From Candidatus Aenigmatarchaeota archaeon (GTDB lineage: Archaea > Aenigmatarchaeota > Aenigmatarchaeia > Aenigmatarchaeales > JACQIB01), in assembly GCA_043799675.1 (NCBI GenBank), contig JAZDNN010000023.1, positions 1 to 15,944 on the forward strand: 15,944 bases of DNA. The letters are read 5' to 3'. The notes beneath the pieces were generated by a model. That model saw only the letters and a list, made by a program, of their open reading frames with translations. It was not told where the DNA came from and did not search any database. How positions within the stretch are numbered: the first letter of the stretch is position 1; every line of letters begins with the position of its first letter. Below, one piece after another: positions 8,624-15,944 of the stretch. The translations under genes were made by a program, and so were the position numbers.

Positions 8624-9292
8624 ATGGACTGGAAGATTGCCGCCACCCTGGTGGTTTCGGTCGGAATTCTGCTCGGGGCATTCATGACATCGGGGAGCAT
8701 TCCTGCTTTTTCTGGTATGGACATCAGCGGCGTGAGCGGGTTCTTCACCGCCCTCGGTTCCGGGCCCGCGACCAACATTTCCGTTTCAATCAGCCTGACT
8801 CCGCAGGCCTTTTCCATCGATTCGCCGGCGGAAAAGGTGACGGTGGAATGGGTGGGTAAGGGTTCCCAGTGGATGGTCGGCAACAACCGGCTGGATTTGG
8901 CCGATAATCTGGACAATTCGTTCGTCATTGAGGGCTGGAAGGGCAAGATAATCGCCACAACGGGCGGAATGGTGACTTTGGATGGTACCGCTGACAGCCT
9001 GACGGTCAACGGAATAAGGCTCTCCGGCAGCGGCGGTCGGCAGTCGGTGAGGGTCACCGATCTGAGTTTCACCGATTTCATGGCGGAGAAGCTTTCGTTC
9101 AGCGGTTTCAAGCTCGCGACGGCCACCGGAACGATAGTCATGGATGACGGCAAGGCGACGTTCTCGGCCGAGGGTGAGCCCCTTGAGCTGGGAATGTTCT
9201 ACGGCGATCTGGCAATCGACAGCACGCTCAGGCTGGACGGAATCACGGACAGGCTCCTTCTTTCGGGAAAGAACAAGCTTACAGTCGGATAA
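8624..9292 (+). CDS. Hypothetical secreted or membrane-anchored beta-rich protein (222 aa)
   Basis: N-terminal hydrophobic helix MDWKIAATLVVSVGILLGAFM followed by a G/S/T/V-rich beta-strand pattern; ends ...LLLSGKNKLTVG*. Confidence 0.75.
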   Translation: MDWKIAATLVVSVGILLGAFMTSGSIPAFSGMDISGVSGFFTALGSGPATNISVSISLTPQAFSIDSPAEKVTVEWVGKGSQWMVGNNRLDLADNLDNSFVIEGWKGKIIATTGGMVTLDGTADSLTVNGIRLSGSGGRQSVRVTDLSFTDFMAEKLSFSGFKLATATGTIVMDDGKATFSAEGEPLELGMFYGDLAIDSTLRLDGITDRLLLSGKNKLTVG

Positions 9293-9460
9293 TATTGCGA
9301 AGCCAATTTAGGAAGAGTAAACCCTTAGAGGAACCTAGGTTCCTCTCGGGAAAGAACAAGCTCAAGATAGGATGATATAGCAGCAGCCAATTTAGGAGGA
9401 ATAAGCCCATAAGGGAACCTAGGTTCCCTTAGGGAAAGAACAAGCTCAAGATAGGATGAT
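9265..9460. repeat. Tandem array of about 2.3 units, period 83/84 bp (gene-tail segment plus palindromic element)
   Basis: GGGAAAGAACAAGCT starts at 9265, 9348 and 9432; AGCCAATTTAGGA at 9301 and 9385; perfect palindromes at 9327-9346 and 9410-9431. Confidence 0.95.
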
Positions 9461-9462
9461 TC

Positions 9463-10092
9463 TTACAAAATAAGCATCAGCGCGACTGCTATCGGGACCG
9501 TAATGTTGTCATCCATTCTTGGCGCCATCTCAACGATTGCAGCCGCCAGTGCAATCGATACGGCCCGCGCAGGGAACGTAAAGAACACCAGGACGGCGAG
9601 CGCACCAACGAAGAACGCCGTGCTGCCTTCCCAGGTCTTTTGCCTGTTCACAGGCAGCCTGTGGGTGCCCCATATCCTTCCCACCAGCGTGCTTGCCGAG
9701 TCGGATATTGCAAGGACCAGTATGGCGGCTATCGCCGTGTAAAGCGGGAAGAACTCGTAAACTATCAGCGAGCCGGTGAAGAACAGCAGCGGCCCGCGAA
9801 GCATCGCTTCACCCGGCCGCTCGAAATCCATTATTCTCATTTCAATCCACGTTTCCATGCGATACAATGCTTCCAACCCGAAATGCTTGTGTAATTCGGT
9901 CCTGTGGCGGCGGTACAGAACAAGCAGCATGGTCGCAAAAACGGCCAGCCCGAGTGCCAGCTGGGACAGCGGCCTGTCGAACAGCAGGATGATTATAACG
10001 GTCGCCATGCCGGCAATCGCATGGACGAGCTGCCTCCTGAGTTCAAGCGCAAGGCTGCTAGCGTTCCGCTTTTCTCGCCTTTTTGATTGCAT
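9463..10092 (-). CDS. DGK1/SEC59/VTE5-type CTP-dependent lipid (dolichol/phytol/diacylglycerol) kinase family membrane protein
   Basis: ELRRQLVH, LAISDSASTLVGR, QKTWEGS and DDNITVP motifs; multiple TM helices. Confidence 0.88.
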   Translation of the reverse strand: MQSKRREKRNASSLALELRRQLVHAIAGMATVIIILLFDRPLSQLALGLAVFATMLLVLYRRHRTELHKHFGLEALYRMETWIEMRIMDFERPGEAMLRGPLLFFTGSLIVYEFFPLYTAIAAILVLAISDSASTLVGRIWGTHRLPVNRQKTWEGSTAFFVGALAVLVFFTFPARAVSIALAAAIVEMAPRMDDNITVPIAVALMLIL

Positions 10093-10486
10093 TGATTTCC
10101 CTCACTACTTCTTTGAATTTACGTTTCTTCTCGATGCCCAGGACCACCCTTATCGGCCATGTCAGCAGCCTGAAGAACCAGAAAATGTAGTGCAGGAACT
10201 CCCATCCCAGGAAGAGCGCGGCGGCTATGACCGCAAAGTACATGCTGTTCTGCAGGCTCGCCTGCACCGGCAGGTCGATGTTGAAGTATTTCACCAGCCA
10301 CGGGAACAGCGCCCCGACGACTGCGGCTATGACGGTGTTCAGCGCCACCTTGAACAGTTTGTAGCCGATCACGACCACGAACACGAACGCCACGAGCACG
10401 AGCAGGCCCATCCCGCCGATGTCGGTCGGAAGGATGTCCGTAAGCTGTGAAACCTGCGGGAGCGATGCGAACGGCAGGACATCCAT
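10058..10486 (-). CDS. Hypothetical membrane protein (142 aa, about 3 TM, basic C-terminus)
   Basis: Hydrophobic segments; overlaps the start of the kinase gene by 35 bp on the same strand. Confidence 0.7.
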   Translation of the reverse strand: MDVLPFASLPQVSQLTDILPTDIGGMGLLVLVAFVFVVVIGYKLFKVALNTVIAAVVGALFPWLVKYFNIDLPVQASLQNSMYFAVIAAALFLGWEFLHYIFWFFRLLTWPIRVVLGIEKKRKFKEVVREINAIKKARKAER

Positions 10487-10563
10487 GCATCAAGCTTGCA
10501 CCGCCAGAATAAAAGCGTTCCGCGGTACGGAAAGCATTAAAACCGCCCCCGACAAAGGAATCC

Positions 10564-11217
10564 ATGGCAAAGGTGAGCATAGTCGGCACGAGCCACATCG
10601 CCCCCGCGAGCATCGATGCCGCGAAGGAGACTATCCTGAGGCTGAGACCCGATTGTGTCGCCTTGGAGCTCGATGCGGAACGCTGGGCCGCGCTGCACCA
10701 GAGGCAGCGTGCAAAGCCCTCCATACGGAACCCGATGTTCTGGCTGCTGAATTCCATACAGACCAGCCTTGGCGCGCATACCGGAGTGCTTCCGGGAGCC
10801 GAGATGCTCGCCGCGGTCGATGCTGCAAAACAGGTCGGTGCGCAGATAGTGCTCATTGACATGCCGATTGCCGAGACGATGGGAAGGCTTTCCGCCATCG
10901 GTTTTTGGGAGAAGGCCCGCCTCGTTCTGAGGCTGCTTGCCGGCCTGGTCCCGTGGCCCGGCAGGGAGGAGATCGATCTGAAGAACGTTCCGCCGGAAAA
11001 GGTCATTGATGACGCCTTGCGCTGGATGAAAAAAGAGCTTCCGGCCCTGTACAAGGTGATGATAACCGACCGCAACGTTTACATGGTCCATTGGATACGC
11101 GAGCTCGGCAGGAAGCACGAACGGATTGTCGTGGTGGTCGGGGCCGGCCACAAGCTCGGGCTGGAACGGTTGCTAAGGAATAAAAGCTCCAAGCGGGCGA
11201 AGAAAGGGCGTGCTTGA
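10564..11217 (+). CDS. TraB/PrgY/GumN-domain protein
   Basis: Motifs IVGTSHI, VALELDAER, PGAEM..A, DRNVYM and VVVVGAGH. Confidence 0.9.
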   Translation: MAKVSIVGTSHIAPASIDAAKETILRLRPDCVALELDAERWAALHQRQRAKPSIRNPMFWLLNSIQTSLGAHTGVLPGAEMLAAVDAAKQVGAQIVLIDMPIAETMGRLSAIGFWEKARLVLRLLAGLVPWPGREEIDLKNVPPEKVIDDALRWMKKELPALYKVMITDRNVYMVHWIRELGRKHERIVVVVGAGHKLGLERLLRNKSSKRAKKGRA

Positions 11218-11298
11218 GTTTGACTTCGATTGGCTGGACATGGAGTATTCGATGCATCATGACGGCATACGCAGGGCGAACAAGTACACGGCGATGAA

Positions 11299-11874
11299 AT
11301 GAGATTCTCCAAGACCGAAATAAGGGAAATCGCGATAGCCACGCTTGTCCTGGCTTTCGCGTTCGGCAATACCATCGGTGGCGGGATCGGCGGCTATATT
11401 GAGGCCCTCGCTGTCGTGCTGATAGCTTTCCTGCCTCATGAGCTGCTCGGGCACAAGTATGTCGCCCAGCGGCTGGGTGCCGACGCCGAATTCAGGATGT
11501 GGCCGACCGGTCTTCTGCTTGCCGCGGCCGGCAGCCTGTTGGGTTTCGTGTTCGCCGCACCGGGTGCGGTCTACTTTTCCCCGATGGCACGCGGCGAGTT
11601 CGCCTGGACCGTTCACAGGTTCACGAAGAAGGAGGTCGGGATGATTGGTTTTGCCGGTCCGGCAGTCAACCTGGTGATAGGAACGGTCTCGGCTGTCGTT
11701 GGCTTTCTTACCGGAATCGTGCTTCTGAACTATGTCGCGATGTTCTCCTTTTTCCTGGCTTTCTTCAACCTTCTTCCCGTGCCTCCGCTTGACGGACAGA
11801 AGGTGATGGCCTGGGACAAGAGGATATGGATCGTCGCCATAGCCATGGCTGCAATCGGCTATTTCATCCTCTGA
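11299..11874 (+). CDS. Site-2 protease (peptidase M50) family membrane metalloprotease with an atypical HExxxH motif
   Basis: HELLGHKYVAQ, FAAPGAV, AGPAVN and FNLLPVPPLDG. Confidence 0.9.
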   Translation: MRFSKTEIREIAIATLVLAFAFGNTIGGGIGGYIEALAVVLIAFLPHELLGHKYVAQRLGADAEFRMWPTGLLLAAAGSLLGFVFAAPGAVYFSPMARGEFAWTVHRFTKKEVGMIGFAGPAVNLVIGTVSAVVGFLTGIVLLNYVAMFSFFLAFFNLLPVPPLDGQKVMAWDKRIWIVAIAMAAIGYFIL

Positions 11875-11877
11875 AAT

Positions 11878-12252
11878 TCAGTATTTGTAGCCAAGCCTGA
11901 TTATCAGCCCGAGGGCTATCAGGAGTCCGGCCGCACCGAAACCTATCGCCGTGTTTATGAGGAAGGCGTACAGCAAATCCCCGCCGAGCGGTCCTATCTG
12001 CGAGACTATCAGGACGAACGCGGTCACTCCGACGAGGAATCCTATCTCTTCCTTTATCTGTATGTTTTTCAGTGCGATGTACACCCCGAGTATGGCTACC
12101 ATCAGCCAGCTGACCTGAAGGGCGGTTCCGCTGATCTGCAGCGCCGCCGCGATTGCCGAAATCACGAAAATCCCGGCCATTGCGATGGGGCCCCAGTTCA
12201 TTTTCAGCAAGGGTGACACCGGTTGTTCTTGGACCACTTTTTTGCGTGGCAT
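11878..12252 (-). CDS. Hypothetical small membrane protein (124 aa, about 4 TM)
   Basis: Four hydrophobic segments; start at ATG 12252 (MPRKK), 22 nt below a TTTTTATA box. Confidence 0.72.
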   Translation of the reverse strand: MPRKKVVQEQPVSPLLKMNWGPIAMAGIFVISAIAAALQISGTALQVSWLMVAILGVYIALKNIQIKEEIGFLVGVTAFVLIVSQIGPLGGDLLYAFLINTAIGFGAAGLLIALGLIIRLGYKY

Positions 12253-12273
12253 GGATGAGCTTTGCCGGGCCGG

Positions 12274-12281
12274 TATAAAAA
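12274..12281 (-). promoter_or_regulatory. Putative TATA box for the ORF starting at 12252
   Basis: Minus strand TTTTTATA. Confidence 0.55.
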
Positions 12282-12303
12282 GCTGCCTCGATGATTTTGC
12301 CGT

Positions 12304-12353
12304 AGCCAATTTAGGAGGAATAAGCCCATAAGGGAACCTAGGTTCCCTTAGGG
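12304..12353. repeat. Third copy of the palindromic element, 50/50 identical to 9385-9434
   Basis: AGCCAATTTAGGAGGAATAAGCCCATAAGGGAACCTAGGTTCCCTTAGGG, with a 22-bp perfect palindrome at 12329-12350. Confidence 0.95.
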
Positions 12354-12407
12354 TTGTGCTTAAATCCTTTGCGGTGTTAATGGTTTGCACCGATTCAGTG
12401 ATAAAAA

Positions 12408-13958
12408 ATGAAGCAGTTTGCCATAAGAAAGGATGATTTCGGCCCGAAGCGCATCAGGTCCTGCGCTAGGACTGTTGACGGGCTGATGGATGTGAGCCGC
12501 CATATGGTCGGCGATAACTACAAGAACGAGGCGATAGGCGCCCGGCCCTATGCCGAGCTGGTCGCCGCCGCTTTCGAGGGCACGCCCCTTCCGGAACAGG
12601 ATTTGGAACAGGATGTCGCATACGCGATTCATGATTTTGCGGCGAATCCCAGGATACCGAATTACATGCTGTCGTATGCCTTCAACCTCGGACAGGTCGC
12701 CCGTGCATACCGTGCAATCAGGACTTCACCTGAACTTCAGCGGTTGGCCCCTACGCTGGCCGCAGTAGTCGGCGGTACCATAAAGACTTCCCCCGCCCAC
12801 TATACGCAGGGAGAGGTCCTTCTGGACATGTTGCAGCGTTATGACGGCAAAAGTGCCCTCGTTGCCTGCAGGGCGGGAATAAGCAGGGCAAGGGAAATCT
12901 ACGGCACCGCCCGTTCCGAAATAAGGCAAGGGATGGAGGACGGATTTTTCACTTATCGGGCGCTCGGGCTGAAGAAAAGCGCCGGTGCCAAGGAAGCCCT
13001 AAATTGGGTAAAGGAAAACACCGTGCTGGATTCCCTGGAATGGTATCCCGGATTAAATCCCGGCGAAATCAGGACGCCCGGGTTAAGGCCGTCCGGAAGG
13101 GAAGTCAAGCTCATTACGGACAGCGTCGATGCGCGGGAGCTGGTCGGAAATTCCGCGCTGGAGGTCGCGAAGCGCAAGTTCAGGAAAAGGATAGACCCGC
13201 TTTACGAGGTCTGCGGTGCAGCCGTTGCCCTCGACGCCGCGAAGGACATTGACCCGCTGTATCATGCACGGAAGGCGGCCGAAATGATAGACAGGAAAGG
13301 CAACCGGAAGACAAAGATAGCGGATAATCCGAAAAACCCTTCCGGCATTTCCGGGCCGCTCGATGCCGCAATCTCGCTGCTTGAGCGCCGGTTGAAATTG
13401 GGCGATGATTCTGACCCGTTGGGTATCAAGGCGCTTGTGAAATCAAGGATGCTTCTCGGGGAACTGCATGATCGTATAACGATGGAATTGGACGGCAAGT
13501 TGTATGATGATGACATCGGGCTGCGGAACAAGGTGAGAAAGTTTGCAGGGCATGTCGGAACGGCCGGTGAGCTGCTTGCCCGCCCGCTTACCGCCTGGAC
13601 CGCCGTGGTGGCCGGTTCCTATTGCAGGCAACATCTGGACGGGGAATATCGCGCACTTTATGGCATCGTAAGTCCGCATATCGGATCCGAGTGCCTGGAT
13701 AAGGTCGTGTTCGAGTTTGAGCCTGAGGGCAGGATGGGCGGCGTTCCGTACGGGGCGCGTAAGGCCAGCTTCCATGGCGAGGGTCCAGTGTTCAAGTCTA
13801 CCGCCATATCCTTGCCTCCCGAGATGAATAGTACCGTTCATGCGCTCTGGCTCGCAAAGAACCTGTTCATGCCCGTGCAGCCGAAGCCCGACGGGAACGG
13901 CAACGTTTCGATGGATGTTCTGGTAGGTAAAAAGGTCAAGGAGGATGCAAAAGCATGA
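12408..13958 (+). CDS. Hypothetical protein (516 aa)
   Basis: Long ORF with an SD-like GTGAT upstream; its stop overlaps the next start (ATGA). No family recognised. Confidence 0.8.
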   Translation: MKQFAIRKDDFGPKRIRSCARTVDGLMDVSRHMVGDNYKNEAIGARPYAELVAAAFEGTPLPEQDLEQDVAYAIHDFAANPRIPNYMLSYAFNLGQVARAYRAIRTSPELQRLAPTLAAVVGGTIKTSPAHYTQGEVLLDMLQRYDGKSALVACRAGISRAREIYGTARSEIRQGMEDGFFTYRALGLKKSAGAKEALNWVKENTVLDSLEWYPGLNPGEIRTPGLRPSGREVKLITDSVDARELVGNSALEVAKRKFRKRIDPLYEVCGAAVALDAAKDIDPLYHARKAAEMIDRKGNRKTKIADNPKNPSGISGPLDAAISLLERRLKLGDDSDPLGIKALVKSRMLLGELHDRITMELDGKLYDDDIGLRNKVRKFAGHVGTAGELLARPLTAWTAVVAGSYCRQHLDGEYRALYGIVSPHIGSECLDKVVFEFEPEGRMGGVPYGARKASFHGEGPVFKSTAISLPPEMNSTVHALWLAKNLFMPVQPKPDGNGNVSMDVLVGKKVKEDAKA

Positions 13959-14326
13959 GATGTCCGGATTGCTCCAAGCCCGCCTGGAGGAACGGTTTCA
14001 GGACCGCCGATTCCGGCGGCAGGCGGATGCGTCAGCAGATATTCAAATGCAGTTCATGCTCAAGGCAGTTCACCCTGCGTTCGTTGTCGGTGTTTTCCGG
14101 CATGCGGTTTCCGCGCCGGACCGTGCAGACCGCATTGCGCCTGCACTTCGAGCAGGGCCTCAGCTGCTATGCGATAGCCAACCTCCTGGCTGCGAGGGGC
14201 GAGAAGGTGAGCCACGTTTCCGTCTTCAAATGGATAAAGAAATACGAGCCGTTGCGTGAGCATTTCCTCCGTGCCGGCACGGTAAGGGAAGTGAAGCAGA
14301 CCCTGTTCGAACGCGCGGCCAAATGA
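13955..14326 (+). CDS. IS6-family transposase-like N-terminal module (C4 zinc ribbon plus HTH) with no DDE domain
   Basis: CPDC...CSSC, then FSGMRFPRRTVQTALRLHFEQGLSCYAIANLLAARGEKVSHVSVFKWIKKY, which matches the IS26/IS6 N-terminal pattern (F.G..F...A.R...G.S...LA.RG..V.H...W...Y). The ORF stops 26 codons later. Confidence 0.8.
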   Translation: MRCPDCSKPAWRNGFRTADSGGRRMRQQIFKCSSCSRQFTLRSLSVFSGMRFPRRTVQTALRLHFEQGLSCYAIANLLAARGEKVSHVSVFKWIKKYEPLREHFLRAGTVREVKQTLFERAAK

Positions 14327-14369
14327 TGCTTTACGGATTATTCGGTTCCTTCCGAAAGTTAACATGGGG

Positions 14370-14377
14370 TTTAAATA
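14370..14377 (+). promoter_or_regulatory. Putative TATA box for the surface protein gene
   Basis: TTTAAATA, followed by SD-like GGTGA at 14405-14409 and TTG at 14415. Confidence 0.55.
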
Positions 14378-14414
14378 ATTTACGGTTGGTATCTACAAGA
14401 TAGTGGTGACAAAA

Positions 14415-15944
14415 TTGATAAAGGTTATCGATAAGCAGCCTGCGGACGACAAAGGGGTCCCGACCGCGCCCATTGTTGAAGGGAAGTCCGTATATGATAA
14501 TAAACCGGTCGTGGAAGCCACAGGACCTTTGGATGATTCACAGTCTGAGGACGTCCCGCCGTCGGCCGGCAAGGGAAGATCGCCTTATGACGTCAGGTTC
14601 CCGCCGATGCCTCCGGAAGATGCATCGTCGGAGGAAGACATGGAAGAGGTATATCTCCCGCCAGCCGGAAGCGTACAACCGCCTGCATACGATTCGCAAT
14701 CTCAATCACACGAGAAGATGGCTGCCGCAACTCCGGTCAAGGCTTCATTGAAGCAGCCGTCTCGCAAGTACCTGTGGGGTGCGGCGTTGGGCGGAGGACT
14801 GATAGGGGCGACGGGCGCAATTACCGGATTCGTTTTGAGCGAGAATTATTTTGATTGGCCGTTCCAGAAGGCAACATCGTATACGCCGCCTGTAACGCCG
14901 ACTCCTGACAATCCGGGTTCGGTGACAGAAGACGTTTATTTCGACGACATGGGTCTTCACTTTGATTCGCCGCTGGGTAATGTTTCTCTGGAAAACGGTG
15001 TTCCTGGTGACTGGTTCATTGCGGAATACAATCAGAGCGATTACGCCGATCTTGTCAATAAAAGCGCCACTGGCATACCGGCCGTGATAGGTCATGACGG
15101 GAGCGTCGTGACGGAAGCCAAGAAAGTGCCCGGTGGCAATTTCGTGTTCGAGAAGATCGGTTACGATGCCGTCCAGGCTGAAAAGGTCCTGGTGAAGCAT
15201 TCCCATGATTTGTTCCCGGGTGTCAAGGCCGGGACCGACATAGACCTCTATTTTCACGATTTCAGTCTTCTGGACAACAAGGAGCACAGGTCTCCCGGTG
15301 CGCTTACGGAGAAGTTCGTTGATGCCTCCAACATGAAGGGCGTGCTGGATATGCTCACCGGAGACGGCATCCAAGTGAATCAATCGAACGCGGCGGATGC
15401 ATACGGTGACGGCATGCTTACTTACAGGTTCGCAAAGGTCAACGGGACGCCTGTAATGCAGGGCACTTTCAATTATACCGTCAACGGTCAGAACGTCAGC
15501 GTTCCTGTCAATGAGAATTCCATAGTCGCTCTTGAAGGAGGCCAGCACTTCAGGGACAAGTACTATGAATCCCTTCTGAACGATTTCCTGATGGGCGAGC
15601 AGAACCATGCAGTCGAGGTCCAAGGACAGCTTGACGGCATCACGCAGAACCAGTCAAGGTTCCTCAATCGCTTCAACTTCGGAAACCTCACCGAGGCGGC
15701 GGCAACACTCGATGAACTTTATTCAGCTCTCAACCAGAGCGGTCTGCTCGTGAACGGTACGCTCAACCAGTCGGCACTGAAGGAAAATATGACCAACTCG
15801 GACAGGTTCACCGAGATAATATCCAAGTACGGTGATCACGGTGTCGTGAACGAGAGCACCCTGATTGATTATGTTACAGGTCTGGAAGGCATAGTCAAGG
15901 AGGAGCGGGACTTCCTGGCCAAATATGAGGTGGACGGTCTTGAC
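14415..15944 (+). CDS. Large single-pass membrane-anchored surface glycoprotein (partial, at least 510 aa; runs off the right edge)
   Basis: Own translation: the frame is open from GTG 14403 / TTG 14415 to the window end. Acidic, Pro-rich N-terminus, Gly-rich TM at 14769-14837, then 14 N-X-S/T sequons. Confidence 0.8.
   Translation, partial: MIKVIDKQPADDKGVPTAPIVEGKSVYDNKPVVEATGPLDDSQSEDVPPSAGKGRSPYDVRFPPMPPEDASSEEDMEEVYLPPAGSVQPPAYDSQSQSHEKMAAATPVKASLKQPSRKYLWGAALGGGLIGATGAITGFVLSENYFDWPFQKATSYTPPVTPTPDNPGSVTEDVYFDDMGLHFDSPLGNVSLENGVPGDWFIAEYNQSDYADLVNKSATGIPAVIGHDGSVVTEAKKVPGGNFVFEKIGYDAVQAEKVLVKHSHDLFPGVKAGTDIDLYFHDFSLLDNKEHRSPGALTEKFVDASNMKGVLDMLTGDGIQVNQSNAADAYGDGMLTYRFAKVNGTPVMQGTFNYTVNGQNVSVPVNENSIVALEGGQHFRDKYYESLLNDFLMGEQNHAVEVQGQLDGITQNQSRFLNRFNFGNLTEAAATLDELYSALNQSGLLVNGTLNQSALKENMTNSDRFTEIISKYGDHGVVNESTLIDYVTGLEGIVKEERDFLAKYEVDGLD

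Noticed and set aside
9265..9460. CRISPR mini-array (three ~29-bp repeats)
   Set aside because: The would-be spacers (54-55 bp) are homologous to each other and to 12304-12353, the first repeat is coding sequence, and no cas genes are present.
11218..11298. Possible fluoride (crcB) riboswitch-like words in the TraB-M50 gap
   Set aside because: The GATGG...TGATGAC-type elements and pseudoknot pairing do not match.
10564..11874. TraB as a sign of conjugation or a plasmid
   Set aside because: This is the TraB/PrgY/GumN family common on archaeal chromosomes, and no transfer genes are present.
12253..12390. N-terminal extension of the 11878-12390 ORF (includes REPRFP)
   Set aside because: It translates through the promoter and the palindromic element; a TATA box supports the start at 12252.
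14327..14402. Programmed frameshift into a DDE transposase domain
   Set aside because: Only about 75 bp of AT-rich promoter-like sequence follows before an unrelated gene; no DDE-like frame or terminal inverted repeats were seen.
14745..15623. 292-aa minus-strand ORF
   Set aside because: Antisense shadow of the plus-strand surface protein, which has a coherent TM and sequon pattern.

Overview
Gene-dense archaeal chromosomal window. Archaeal origin is supported by Dph2, ribosomal L10e/uL16, DUF1512 and TATA boxes about 22-30 nt upstream of start codons; a small-genome DPANN-like lineage is plausible but only inferred. Recognisable genes: partial dph2, PHP/HisJ-family phosphatase, rhomboid protease, short TsaC/Sua5, PEP synthase with a long Glu-rich linker, rpl10e, DUF1512, a DGK1/SEC59-type lipid kinase, a TraB-domain protein and an M50 site-2 protease. 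These are interleaved with several orphan ORFs, a catalytic-domain-less IS6-type Zn-finger/HTH gene and a large sequon-rich surface protein that runs off the right edge and is absent from the ORF track. The main non-coding signal is a ~50-bp element with a perfect GGAACCTAGGTTCC-centred palindrome, present three times: twice in an 83/84-bp tandem array that also repeats the last codons of the upstream gene, and once 2.9 kb away between divergent promoters. A double-hairpin leader that buries the ppsA Shine-Dalgarno is also visible. No tRNA, rRNA or CRISPR array was recognised.
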